Of a stretch of 64,000 bases of DNA, positions 25,706 through 38,417 are shown piece after piece. The notes under the pieces were generated by a model. That model ran no database searches. It was not told where the DNA came from and saw nothing but the letters and a program-made list of their open reading frames with translations. A program made the position numbers and the translations under genes. This stretch comes from Takakia lepidozioides. Its lineage: Eukaryota; Plantae; Bryophyta. Location of the stretch: assembly GCA_030704615.1 (NCBI GenBank), contig CM060731.1:31868001-31932000 (forward strand), given 5' to 3'. Position 1 is the first letter of the stretch. Every line of letters begins with the position of its first letter.

Positions 25706-25960
25706 TAGTCAGTAGCTCAGTTGGTAAGTGCATGGAGTGCCACCCAGATGATTCTGGGGTCAAATCCTGCTACTTGATGGGTGTGGTATGCTCTTCTCCC
25801 CCTTCCCTGGTGTCACATCTGAAAGCCTTCACGGTGAGGTTACAGTGAAAGAGGTTATTTTCTCCTCTCACTATCAAGGGGCCTGATTTGTGAGCTGTCG
25901 CGCCCAGGTGTTTCCCTTATTTTTAAAAAGAAAATCATCCATTTTTTTTAAAAACAAAAA
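25706..25960 (+). mobile_element. tRNA-derived SINE (or tRNA pseudogene) with A/T-rich tail
   Basis: Pol III A box TAGCTCAGTTGG at 25713-25724 and B box GGGTCAAATCC at ~25757-25767, with tRNA-like spacing but a poor acceptor stem. Followed by a ~150-bp body and an A/T tail. Confidence 0.6.
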
Positions 25961-25979
25961 GGGGATGGAGGCCCCCTAT

Positions 25980-26406
25980 ATTGTGGTATTTAGGGTATTC
26001 CTGGGTATTAATATTGGGATCAACCTGGTATTCCAGAACCTACCATGCGGATACATGTCGGCCGCAAAACCTAGGGTAGACCAGTAGTATCCTATGACAT
26101 CCCCCTTTGCTACGAGGCTCATATTCATACACTTCCAGAAGCCATAGCTCGATACCGGTACTCTAGACACCGATAGTTCAGGTAAAGAAACTTCAAGGCT
26201 GTCATCTTTTTTCAAAACACGACAATACCCTGATATTCATACCTTCTGGAGGTTTTTTGAAAAAAGCAATACCTGTATTTATACTCATACCTTCCCCTGG
26301 ACATTGACCTTACATACCTAGGACCATACCAGCCTCAAGAAAGAAGGGGCTTCTAAAGACCAGTACCAGGCTGGTATATTATAATTCCAATACCAACACA
26401 ACACTG
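25980..26406. repeat. ATACC/GGTAT-motif-rich transposon end or MITE (hAT-like)
   Basis: More than 10 GGTAT/ATACC motifs, with GGTAT clustered to the left and ATACC to the right. Ends in AACACTG, the reverse complement of a CAGTGTT hAT-type terminus. Confidence 0.4.
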
Positions 26407-26689
26407 ACACATACCTCAAAAAATTGTGGCCGGCCATTTTAGATATGTTCGCATATGTGAAGTCTTTAAATGTTCAATTTTCAAAGCTCGAAACATTCAC
26501 CAATATTGCAGAATGTCTAGTACATAAATAGAATAACCACATTGCGATCCCTTTTGCATCATTGATTGCATGATCTATAAAGCAGGTATTTTTATTCAGT
26601 AGTCTAAGTGATAGACAAAATTGTTGGCTATAGATATCAGAGTTTGTTGTACAATTTATAAATTGTCTCAATGGGCTCATATCCTAACA

Positions 26690-27560
26690 TGTAGTGAGCT
26701 TTTTGCAATACAGCGATCGAGAGTTGGGTTTGTTATGAGAGAAGTAGTGATGGCCATCAACAAAGTCTTCAAGAAATTATTCACCTAGCTAGTGGGAGAG
26801 AAAATGTATGTAGTCATGTTGGAATTTAAGAATTGGTGTGGTATGCCCAGTGTACAAAGAGCCATAGACGGTACACATATTTTTGTTGTCAAACCTAAAG
26901 GCCACTTTTCATAAGACTACTTCTACCACAAAATCGAAGGCTACAGTATACATAGTTGCTCAAGCGGTTGTAGATAATAGGAAAATGTTCACAGATCTAT
27001 ATGTAGGACTATCAGACAGTGTCAATGATTCGAGGGTGCTTCGCAAATCTGGTTTGTACCGGAGAGCTCTCTATGAGGGTCTTTTATATAGTACTACATC
27101 AGGATCACAAGATGGTATAGGTCCGTATTTGTTGGGTGATAAAGGCTATCATTTGCTCCCTTGGTTGATGACGGCACACAAAGATGATGGAGGAGCACAC
27201 ATTGTTCTAGAGATTTTATACAATTGCAGACATAGAAAAGGGCAATCTGTCATTAAGAATGCATTCGAGATAATGAAACAGCCATTTAGATTAAAGTTAG
27301 GAAAGACAGAGCTTCACGCTTCACTTTTGTACCTGAGGTGTTTACTACTTGTTGCTTGCTACACAATTTGATGCGTGTCATTCAACTTGAAGCAGCTCAA
27401 GGGCTTCAAACAAACAGAAGAAATATGCACATAATGGCAGATGTTTATGAAAATGTGGGCACCCAAGGTCAAGAGCTTTCAAGGAAGCAGAATCGACACA
27501 TTTCGGAGTCTTATGTTGGTCACAACGCCATTATTTTGGCATGAGTAAAAGAAAATTGAC
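26690..27560 (+). mobile_element. PIF/Harbinger DDE transposase (HARBI1-like) remnant
   Basis: Motifs AIDGTHI, AQAVVD..KMFTDLYVG..SVNDSRVLRKS, LLGDKGY.LLPWLMT, SVIKNAF and CCLLHN, broken by frameshifts. Confidence 0.85.
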
Positions 27561-27599
27561 GGGTTCAGAAAAAGGTACTCGTTGTAGCTCAATTGTGCT

Positions 27600-28850
27600 T
27601 TGCATACTGTCAATGCAAGGGGAATCTTTCTTATGCATCATCTTGGTTCTGAACTTGTTGACTGATATGTGTCTAAAAGCTGCAGGATGTCCATTCGCAG
27701 TCTTGGTTCACCACGTGGTGGTGGCATATTGTTCCCAGCTTGGATATTTCTATTGATAGCTAGTCCTTGACCTGGGTGTGTCCTGCATTGCATTTTTCCG
27801 TTGCCTCAACAAGACTCTTCTGAGCTGATGATGACTTTCTTTTTACCCCTGTGCTTCCAATAGTTTGTTGCTTAGACTGTCCACCATTAGAATATTTGTC
27901 TCATTCAATTGACTCTGTGGGGTTCAGAGCTTTGTTAAGAGTGGTCATGCTTGGGACAAATTCCATACGATCTAAATATAGGGTTCCGTCCTAGACTAGA
28001 CTGCGAAGCATTACCAGTGCCACGTTGTGGAGTTGGACTTTGATGATTTGCACGCTGAATATACTGATGGGCTTCAAAATGGAGCCTTCTGCATTGCTGG
28101 TCGACTTTTCTCTACAATTGGCGGAGCATGAAATTTGTGGGTCCATTGCATGCTAAACCAAGAGTGTGCAGATTTGCCAATAACTCTGGATAGTAGATAT
28201 TTGGCTCTGTGAAGGAGGGCTCCTCTCTTTCTAGGTCTAATTCCCTGTGTTCGTCATTCAAATTGATGAAAGGCTCATCAATATTTGGTTCACGATGAGG
28301 AAGCACATGATATATATCATCGTCTAGCTTCATGAAGTCTCTCGAATGCGGGGGCTAGACATGGTCATGTACTCATACAGAATTCAATTATGTCGAAGTG
28401 AACTCTATTGAAGCTTCTTGGCAAGCTGAGCTCCTTCTTATCTACAAGACTCCATGACGGGAACTCCTCATTGTGTCCTGTACCACTCTCGTAGTCATGT
28501 ATTTTTTTGTAATCACCATACAAAGAGCCATACTTGTCTTTACGGACTGTTGCATTTCTTACATACTTCTGCCATGACAGCCGTTGAAATTTTCTTCCAT
28601 TTAATGGCTACAGTTTCCATGCTACCCACGTGAGAATCAACGATGTCCAAGCTAACTTTGTACCCAGCTCTTTTAATTGCATTGATGAATGAAAGAATCT
28701 TGATAATCGATTCCCAATTGGGTTGTATGGGTTTGTTGCCAAGTCTGAGGATGTCATGAGTGGAATCTGAATCTGCGACTGTCTGCTTGCGTTTTCCTTT
28801 GTTTCTCCCACATGTTGGAGCACATGATCTTCCATTGTCATCACTGAGGT
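27600..28850 (-). mobile_element. Myb/SANT-like DNA-binding ORF of the same Harbinger element (decayed, convergent with the transposase)
   Basis: Reverse strand at ~28560-28380 reads RNATVRKDKYGSLYGDYKKIHDYESGTGHNEEF..KKELSLPRSFNR, a trihelix/Myb-like segment typical of Harbinger ORF1. Confidence 0.6.
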
Positions 28851-28899
28851 CGACTACATCTTTGGAACTTCATCACCTCTAAACCTTCTTTCCCACAAG

Positions 28900-29620
28900 G
28901 AGAGATATTTGAGTTTATCATACAAGGATTTAGGACTTAACATAATTGCCTAATATGTGCGGTGCTATAGATGTAGGCTCTCACATTAGGTTGGCTCAAA
29001 AGCCGGATCTAGTTTACGTACCAGTAGACTATTGGAACGTGACCACCACAGTGTCCTCTTATAGGGTATATGTGACCACAACTATACATTTTCGGATGCT
29101 AATAGGGCCCAACCCCAAAAGAGGGCAGTAGTCGTGAGGCAAAGTGACTCTTCGTTATGTCGGCCTCGGCCGGAGTCTTCTCTCTCTCTTTCAGATGCTT
29201 GTGTGATGGCAGCGACTCACGTTCGAACATCATCACTATATAGAACACTGATGGATAGAGAAGTGCTCCAAATCCCTGCGTAGAACATTTCTGGAGTGAA
29301 GATCCGCCTTTGTATGGTGGAGATTTGGCCTACCCTCTAATCGAGTTTGCTTTTGGACAGCTGAAGAATACGTGGAGAGTTTTAAAGTGTTTAATTTTTT
29401 CAATTCCATATGCAGCTTAGGTCATACTAGCATGTTTTGCTCTAAACAATTTTTGCAAGATGAATGGAGAGCAACCTGTAGACGGTCCCTTAGAAGATGG
29501 AAATGTTTATCCAAATCAGAATGATACCTATTTTCATTCTAGAACCCTAGGTGAATCTAGTAGGAGAGAAAAAATAATTTAGACCACTCTTTTGCAATAC
29601 TCGATAGAGCGGGTTTGTAA
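28900..29620 (+). mobile_element. Second, more decayed Harbinger transposase remnant
   Basis: Motifs LPNMCGAID, GDLAYPL, FAFGQLKNTWRVL and ACFALNNF in scattered frames. Confidence 0.7.
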
Positions 29621-32600
29621 GCTTTCCTAGTGTAGAAGGAAGAGTGAACAAAAAATGGAAGAGACAAACAAGTCTAACACCTGGACACCGGATTGTTGAT
29701 TCACTAAACAAGTTTGTGGAGATTTATCATGCTTTGGAGGAAACCAAACTGCAATTGACACGATCATATATGGCACTTGGACAACAAATGCACTTAGAGC
29801 GTCAAGACCTCAAAGTTTGGCTTCATCATGAAGCAAAACAGGCTTAGGTACAAAAGGAATTGGTTATACAAGAGCGCCACAATGTTCGATCGGAGGACTT
29901 GAAATTGCAAAGTCTTCGCATGAAGTTGGAATTTGGAGCTTTTAATTAGCAGTAATTGGGCAATCTTTGGCATGGTAGTGAGGTGTGGTTTGTAAAGTTG
30001 CAGTAACACATTGAAAACATTGTAAATGTCCATTTTCAAACATGCATTCCATAATATATTTCGTGGGAAAGAAATACAATAAAGACTTCAAATCTTTCCT
30101 AATTGTCTTTTCTATGTTTTTGGGGATATGGTAGATACTTGCGGAGGGGTGAATTCTACAACCCCCACCTTTGGTATTGACCCCTGGTTGTGAGGACTAG
30201 TAGGGGGAGATAGAATGTTGCACTCTATGTCCAAATCAAACTGCTCATAATCGTCCAAATCAACAACACGACCAGTGTGTGGTATTTTCTCAGCTTCGTC
30301 ATTAACCCATGGTATTCCAGCTGCTTTGGGTGTGCAACCCCCACAGCTTGTCACATTTGTCGTAGAAGAGCCACACAGATAGCATTCCTCCAAAGGTCTT
30401 CACGACATCCTCTTGTTAATCTTTTTGGAACGTTTCTTCATGTTGGAACATGTTTGGAGCGCACTTGGTCCGGGATGCAATCTTGCCGGTCCGTTGATTG
30501 AACTCATTCACAAAATCCTGCCTTGAATTACTCTGTCTCAAATTCCCTCATTAACAACACTTTCTGGGTGTTTCTTTGTTAAATTGCAAAATGACATCGT
30601 GGATAGACGTCATGTCACCTAACCCTTCGTCATCCCCATCCACTATTCCATCATATAGTTGCTATCGCAAGAAAGAAGATGCAAGGAATCAGGCATAGAT
30701 ATGGAGTGCGCGAATGTTGATCATAATAACCAATCTAACAAGATAATTGAAAGCTTCCAACAATACTTAATAGCCCTCGATCTACCTTGATGCGGGTCGC
30801 GATACGCAGCTCAGCAACAAATTTCCATGTCGAGGTGCGCTTAAAGCTTTCAATCGTAAGGTGGCTAGAGCAACTATGACACATGCATGATAAAGAAGTA
30901 GAGACAAAATTACCTGTACAGCTGCTCCCGACATTTGGATGAATATGTTGAACCCTAACCATAAGATGGATGACCAGGTGAAAATCCCTTAACACTACCC
31001 GAACCTAGTTATTTCAAGGTATAGCCCTAGCTAATACTCGCCTATTCAGGGCTTTGGGATGGGCATTGAAATGCAATACCCACCTATGCAGGGCTTTTGC
31101 TGGATATCGTGATTTTAAAGCCCGTTGGGCAAGTCCTTTAATACCCGGGTTGATGCCCGCCTCCCACCCATATATCCGCCCAACACTGGTTTGTACATTA
31201 TATGTGTCTAGTTTATTGATGTTAATCAGACAAATCAAAAAAAAAACTTTGGATGGGATGATTTGAAAGTTGCACCTCCAGTACATGTAGTTCAATTGCA
31301 AAGCCCTTTGAGGAAATGTTTGCATACTTTTATTGATAATAATGGCTATTGTTTGAAAAGCATCAACAAACTTGGTTTCAAATTTGTGCCCCGCAATGTC
31401 AGTTATGAACAGATGCAGCATGGACTTGATGAATACATCAAGTATGGTGCTTCATCCATCAAAACTGAGTATATCTCATAATTCAGAATTTATTGGAGCG
31501 CGCACAAATGTGGTCAAAACAAAATGCGAAGACAATTTGATACCGACCTACCGCCCAAATGTTCTCTTCAGTATATCAATATTTTGGGTGGTTCCGTTTA
31601 AGAATAGTGGCATAGATTTCAACATAGTTTAATCAATCTGGAATATAATGACAGAACCGCATGTTTATAGAAATGGTGGATGTAGTACAAATTTTCTTGG
31701 AATGTATTACAACTTATTCTCGTTTACGGAAACAGTACTCTACTGAACTTACAGACAAGGCTGCTCTTGTATCAGACTTGTCTGAATTTAAGGGTTCAGT
31801 ACACAGTGTTTCTACTCCAAAGCATACCAACAGGTTTTATATATCTCAATATCTCCCAGAACACGTTGTAATATTGGGCATGCATTTTAAATCGGTCTAT
31901 TTCTCTTCTTCTGTCTTTTTAAACTTTTGAAATTTTTTATAAAATATTTGTATGGTTATACTTGTAAATAAAAGTTTGTCACGAACTATCAAGTATTAAA
32001 TGAAACGCCAAAATGGACGGGGTGACTAGACAATGAAATTGATTGTATAAAATAATATTTTACATGGTCCCCAGTTTTTTTTAGCCTTTGGGATGCACAT
32101 ATGGGAATCTAACACTTGGGATGCAGACCAATCCTATGCTAGCCACCTGAGTGCACTGAAGGGATATTTTTAATTAGGAGGGTTTACAGGTTTGATGTTC
32201 ATTCCAAAAAATCATTTTTTATTTTTTTGTTGCATTAGTTAAAGGCACTTTACATGTTCTTTCTACAGTAAATTCCGCTGTTTCGTGCCATCTCAAGTCA
32301 CCGTTCCACAGTTGCCCCAACTGGTTTATAATAATATAAAAATACTTGAATACACGTAGAAGGGTATTATTAATTGTAATGGTACTAATTATATAGTTAT
32401 TTTAAACAATTTTATAATTGAAAAATATACGTATACATGTGAAAAAGTTTTAAAAAAAACCCATAAACAATTTTTATTGGATGATGAACGCACGTTAGAT
32501 GTTAATTTATGAGCACTGCACCCCCCAGGATCCAACACTAGTTTCATATCCTCTTGGTGAATAGAAGAATCTACTTTTTTGTTTTTTTTTTAATTTTTTT

Positions 32601-34247
32601 AGAATCTACTTCTATCCACGATGAACATGAAAATTCATGTTTTTTTTCATAAATTGTTCAATAACAAAGATGTCCCTTGAGGTAGGTATTACTTGGAGAA
32701 TCAGGTGTAGTAGTTTTCAGCAAAGGAGATCAGAAATAGGTGGCCGAAAACTGGCTATGAAGAAACGCCAAGGTAGCATTTCAGGCACCATAGCCCAATG
32801 GAGGATGGGGCACGGTGGCGACAGCCTGCCCCTCCAACCCGCCAAACTGTGGCGATCGGACGGCCCTCAGAAGTGCAATTGGCAAGATCGTGGAGGTTTC
32901 TGGTGCGATGGGGCGCCGACCATTGGATTCAGGGTGCAAGGGAACTCACTTCCCAGGCGCAAAGGGCTGGTTCCCATGGTGCTTTCGGCACCACCTAGCC
33001 GGAACTCACACTTTCTGGCTTTTTCATTTTTCAGGCCCCTGTTTTTTACAAAGGGGTGTCGCAGCCCCCTTTTTTTTTTGGTGCTTTTACTCTGAATATC
33101 GCCTTATAAAGAGGTAGGGCTGGACTGGACAGTCCTGTACTGCATGTCTCCGCAAAGTCTCTCTCTACAAGATCGGAGCCAACAAATCACTTGCTATATT
33201 GGTCAAACATGAGTCCATCGTGGCAAGCTATCGTATGCTTATTCTTATTTAACTATTAATTTAAGGAACTGTGCAATGCAGGAATCAGTAGTCAAACTTG
33301 CAAAAGGGAGGGCCACTTTTTAGACACAGTCCATGAAACCAGCGGTCAAAACTATAAGAGGCCCTCCTTTTAGGCTCTCCATGACCATGGACTTGGACTT
33401 CTAAAGAGAGTTTGGTTCTTCTCAATAGCACATTGAAGAAAAGATGGTGTTTAGGACTGGGTTTACCACAATCCTGATCTCTGAATTGATACGCGCTCGG
33501 GGCACCTCGGCTGCAGTCCAAGTATCTTAAGTTACATGTTGTTTCCTTTCAAAGAGAATCCTCTCAGTGGATCAAGGAAGATCACCATAAACGCCCACCA
33601 CGCCCCGGCTTTGGGTGTAGAAAATTCTGAATAACTTTTTACATTCTCCATGGAATTGTGTGAAAAAAAATATAGTGTTCTTGGGCACCTGGCACACCAA
33701 GATTCATTGCCGGATTGCCTCGGATCTGCCAAGTTGCAAAGAGGTCTCATCACGCAAGCACGGGTGTCGCGATTTGATAAAGGTAATTCTTGTTGTTTCA
33801 TTCTTCACACCGGTGTGAGAGAGAGAGAGAAACATGGGATTTTCCTAGGTTGGCAACATCACATGCATTGGCCAAATTGGATACTTTTTGGCTTGTTGGA
33901 TGAGGGATCTCAAGGGGATGGAACCCTGCCAATTTCGCCTCAATCCCATTTGATCCCTTCACTCAAATCTTTTAAAAACTACCAAAAATGGATATGTTTC
34001 TTAAAAGGGCCCAATAACGGGGCCACATTCAACGGTGGTATTTTGTGGATCTGGGGCTGATTGGCCTCAAATTTGGCAGGTGGATGCAGGAGGAAGGTGC
34101 GCACCTAATGTGCGAAAAGTTAATTTTCTGAAAGTTACACCAATTTTTCACTGAAGGGGTCATGTTTTTTAAAAAAGTCAAACTATGGCATTGGGCATTT
34201 AAGGGTTAAATTCCTGAAACAAGTACGTTAAAAGCAGTTGAGGCTTA

Positions 34248-34679
34248 GAGCGGGGTTCCATGGGCACTCCCAAACGCCTCCCAAGCAAGCGCCCCCAGGA
34301 GGGAAATGCACCTTCAAAATGAGAGGAGGTGGTTCCATGGACACCTTTCCATTCACCACTCTAGAAATCTTTGGCACCAATTGCTATGGGCCCACGACAT
34401 AATATTTGATAATTAATATAAATTTTGGAAGAAAATGTAGAAAATCATTCATTCTCCTAAAATCTAACTTACTTTGGACGGAAATCAATACTATTCTGTA
34501 AGTCTGCGGCCCCGCTATACGAAAAGACAGGTGTCGGTTAGGGGCACCGTGAAACAAAGGGACGACTTTTTTGCGCCCCGTAGCAAGGGTGAATCCGTGG
34601 GGGCGCCCTTAAGGAATATCCTATTTCGACCACTCGCGCCTCGTTAATCCTAGGGGCGACTGCCCATGGAACCCGGCTC
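34248..34679. mobile_element. Tourist/PIF-Harbinger MITE with TTA target-site duplication
   Basis: TTA|GAGCGGGGTTCCATGGGCA ... TGCCCATGGAACCCGGCTC|TTA gives 19-bp TIRs with one mismatch. Length 432 bp. Confidence 0.85.
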
Positions 34680-35584
34680 TTATTCTGCGTGATTTAGGGG
34701 TCGATTATATAGCTAAGATTCGGCCTGCTGTGTCGGCAAGCCTCAACTGCTTTTAACGCCAGGGTACGGCTGCTGCCCGTTCCCTAGTACGCAATATTCT
34801 TCTGGACCCATTATTAGAATGCCGGTCTTGTCGATTCCAAATATGGCTGCAGGCTCTCTGGTTCGGCAATCAACGTCTTGAACAGTTGCACAGTCAGTAG
34901 ATAGTCTGTATACAGGTCAGCGGCTGATTCTTGTTTGACGTACTTAGACCTCTCTTTCTCCACTGTGATGTCTGTTGCAGTGTCGTGGTAGCTGTGACGA
35001 GATACTTTAATCTTCAGATTGCGAGGGTACTGGCTCCGGGGTTGCTCCCTCCAGTACTAAGATTCAGAAGTCGTCGCACGTTTACAGGACTCTGCAAATG
35101 AGGCTGCAAAATTAAATTTCCAAGATCAGCTCAAGATCAGCTCAAGATCAGCTTTGCAAAGAGCTTTTTTGGTCTTGGCTCGGTCTTGGTCTTGGTCCCA
35201 AGGTCTTTACAGTCACCAGTTTCGGTCCACACGATCTTAATATTTTAATGTGTTGTTTCGAGAGAAAGCTTTTGGAGCATGGAACAAAAACTGCGAAGCT
35301 CTTCTTGAACCTAAATGTGCATATGCTAGGTGCACATAGATTCTATCGCAATTTTTGAAAGGTGACGTATGTCTCCCCCCAGCAAGATTCAAATGGGTAT
35401 TTAACTTTCTAACAGAATCCACTATCAAAACATCACATTCCGTGTGTTTTGCCCCCACCATTGAGGCACGAGTTCTCACTCCGCAGTTGCCCCAACTTGT
35501 TCAGTGCGCATCCATCACCATTCGCCGGGTCCAAACCAAGTAAACGTCTTGCAGAGGCGAAGCGAAAGCTCGTAGCTGGGAGGG

Positions 35585-37225
35585 ATGGCGGACCAACCTT
35601 TAACAGAGCCTCTTATAGGCAACCGGCCAACGGACCCCGCCTCCACGCAGTCCACAAAAAGAGAGTCAGTTGTGGTTTCGTTTGGAAAAGGGCTATCAGA
35701 GAGTCCTAGTGAGAAGGACAAAAAGGAGTTGATTGCATGCCCATCCGATTCGGCGTGGGCAGAAATGAAAATGAATTTATCGTTGGCCGGACCCATGATC
35801 TGCGTGAGCTTGCTTCAGAATTTATTGAGCTTCGTGTCGGTCCTGTTTGTGGGACACTTAGGAGAGCTCGAACTTGCCAGTGCTGCCCTAGCGAATTCCT
35901 TTGCCGCTGTTACAGGCATCAGCGTCCTACTGGGAATGGCCTGCGCACTGGAACCGTTGTGTGGGCAGGCCTTCGGGGCTAAGCAGTACCACATGTTGGG
36001 TATTTACTTGCAACGCGCCATACTGGTCTTGTCCATTACTAGCATACCTCTTGCAGTTGTTTGGTACAATATCGATGCTATTCTTCGGGCTGTGGGGCAG
36101 GACGCTGAAATTTCAGCTATGGCAGGGGAGTTTGCACGGTGGTTAATCCCATCCTTGTTTGCATATTCTGCACTTCAACCCATGGTTCGGTTTTTGCAAG
36201 CACAGAGTGTGGTTGTTGCGATGGTACTTCTCTCAGTGGCCACGTTATGCTTGCACGTTCCCCTCTGTTGGCTCATTATCTACAAGTGGGGCTTCGGCTT
36301 TCGTGGGGCAGCATTTGCCAGCAGCATTTCCAATTGGTTGAATGTTCTGCTTTTGGCGATGTATATAAGTTTCTCACCGAGGTGTAGGAAAACATGGACG
36401 TCCTTTTCAAGAGAGGCTTTCCATGACCTCAAGGCTTTCGTCATACTGGCCGCCCCCGCGGCAGTCATGATGACCCTGGAGTACGGTTCGTTTGAAGTGC
36501 TTGTGCTTGTGTCAGGGCTGCTACCGAATCCCAGGTTGGAGACTTCCACCCTCTCTATCTGCTTAAACATGACGGCGTTAATGTACATGATTCCCTTTGG
36601 CATGGGTGCTGCAGTCAGCACTCGAGTCTCCAATGAACTTGGGGCCGGTCATCCCCAAGCCGCCAAGTTATCAGTGAGAGTGGCAATGGCGCTGGGCATT
36701 TTACAAGGCGTGTTGATGGCCATCCTGCTTGTTTCAATGCGGAATGTGTGGGGCTGGGCATTCACTAATGAAGCTGAGGTGGCCAACTACGTCAGCCGTG
36801 TGATCCCCTTCCTTGCAACACTGACGATTCTCAATGGCATTCAAGCCACACTGATAGGGGTAGCGAGAGGATCCGGATGGCTAGCTTTTGGAGCACTTGC
36901 CAATCTTGGCGCTTACTACCTTGTCGGGCTGCCCCTTGCCATTGGACTGGCCTTTTTTGGCCACTTAAATGGCACGGGGCTATGGAATGGGTTGCTATGT
37001 GGGGTAACGACACAAGTGGCGATCCTTCTCATTGCGACTCTCTGCACCAACTGGGACAAACAGGCCAAAATTGTAGCGGACAGTCTATACTCATCGGCAA
37101 CCGCAACCCTGCCGATAACATTATACTGTCAAAAGGAGGATTCAGCCACAGAAAGGATTTGTTCAAGACCCAGTTCACCTATCTCTGACGCAGCTACCAA
37201 GCAAGCTTCCGTAAGAGAGTGTTGA
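35585..37225 (+). CDS. MATE/DTX family multidrug and toxic compound extrusion transporter, intronless, 546 aa
   Basis: Uninterrupted ORF with FVGHLGELELAS, LCGQAFGAKQYHMLG, STRVSNELGAGHP, GVARGSGW and AYYLVGLP motifs, and about 12 hydrophobic segments. Confidence 0.95.
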   Translation: MADQPLTEPLIGNRPTDPASTQSTKRESVVVSFGKGLSESPSEKDKKELIACPSDSAWAEMKMNLSLAGPMICVSLLQNLLSFVSVLFVGHLGELELASAALANSFAAVTGISVLLGMACALEPLCGQAFGAKQYHMLGIYLQRAILVLSITSIPLAVVWYNIDAILRAVGQDAEISAMAGEFARWLIPSLFAYSALQPMVRFLQAQSVVVAMVLLSVATLCLHVPLCWLIIYKWGFGFRGAAFASSISNWLNVLLLAMYISFSPRCRKTWTSFSREAFHDLKAFVILAAPAAVMMTLEYGSFEVLVLVSGLLPNPRLETSTLSICLNMTALMYMIPFGMGAAVSTRVSNELGAGHPQAAKLSVRVAMALGILQGVLMAILLVSMRNVWGWAFTNEAEVANYVSRVIPFLATLTILNGIQATLIGVARGSGWLAFGALANLGAYYLVGLPLAIGLAFFGHLNGTGLWNGLLCGVTTQVAILLIATLCTNWDKQAKIVADSLYSSATATLPITLYCQKEDSATERICSRPSSPISDAATKQASVREC

Positions 37226-38417
37226 TGATCTATAATCCCTCGTCTATTTACACCGTCAGGTCACATCTCGTTACAAATAACTCTTGGGCGATTTCTGAGA
37301 AGAACAAAGGAGGCGCTCTTTTTACATTTCTGCAGTCTGTCACCCCAACGATCTGGACCTGCAGAAAGCTGCTCAAGAATTCTATACTTGCGAGAAGCTG
37401 TATTTTGGTTACTTGTCGCGACTCCTAATAACTGTATCTTAAGTCGTTCCGAAAATTGAACTGTAGCTCCCATCTTGCTGTTCAACTATATTCGCCGCCC
37501 CTCAAACTCGTAGGTTAGGACGAGAAATCACAATTCCTGAAATCCTGAGAAAAGCTAATAGTTAGATTACAGAGCCTACTGCTCGAGGGTCCAATGGACT
37601 GTTGAAGGCACATTCAACCCAGGATCACCCTGGTTATGCACACCGGGCAAACACCCAACCACTGGGCTGCCTGCTCAAGTGCGTGAGAAAGTAAGGTAAA
37701 GTGATGTAAAGTTTGTTTCACGTCGGCAGATGTACAGAGCCTATAAGAGTTCATGCAAAATATAGAAATGTGCTTGACAATTGCAACACAGCCTTTGAGG
37801 AATATCGCCTTCTCTGCGTTGGCACTAATCCCATAGCTGATCGAAAATCTCACTTGCGAGCCAAGTTTGCTCTAGCTAGTTTCCACCACAAAGGTGCACT
37901 AAGGGGCAATTTATGATTGCAATTTTCAAGGCATTCAATGTCATACCAAGTGTTGTGATACTGAGGACCCTCAACTACTGGCGGCCTTGTAAACTTTGTC
38001 CTCCACAGAGTCCCGAGAGAGAGGCAGAGTCATCACTTCTTTTCTTTACGTACGTCACTAGGAACGTGGGTCCCGAATGTGTCATTGATTCTATCGTGAT
38101 CTAGAGGTTACTTTTGCATATAATCATATTGAAGCTCATCTTCAAAGCTGTGTGGGTCTTTTGAACTGCGGGGTCGAACGTCAATGCTTGGTCACCTCCT
38201 GTTGCATCTCGACCGCCTTCAGCTGTTCTGAGCTCTGCAGTCAACCACTCTGGAGTCCCTGCATGGCATTAAACCTCCATCTAAGTTGGGAGAATGCGTA
38301 CCAAGTAACATAGCTAGCTGATACCAGCACAAGTCTTGAATGGCCAGTCTCTACCCCTTTGATTGTAGTCTGCATCACAGTTTCAGTTAACAAATTACAA
38401 TCGTCCCAAATATGCGT

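Noticed and set aside
25706-25776. Functional tRNA-Gly(GCC)
   Set aside because: Acceptor, anticodon and T stems pair poorly, the B box is degenerate, and a SINE-like body and tail follow.
30100-33120. Short ORFs (30112, 31014, 31263-31930, 32637)
   Set aside because: No recognisable domains. They lie in AT-rich decayed-TE context, with a CAGTGTT-type end at ~31187 but no partner TIR found.
36820-36850. Asn in MATE TM10 (LNGIQ) as loss of proton coupling
   Set aside because: Asn at this position occurs in functional plant MATEs (TT12-like LNGIQ), so it is not diagnostic.
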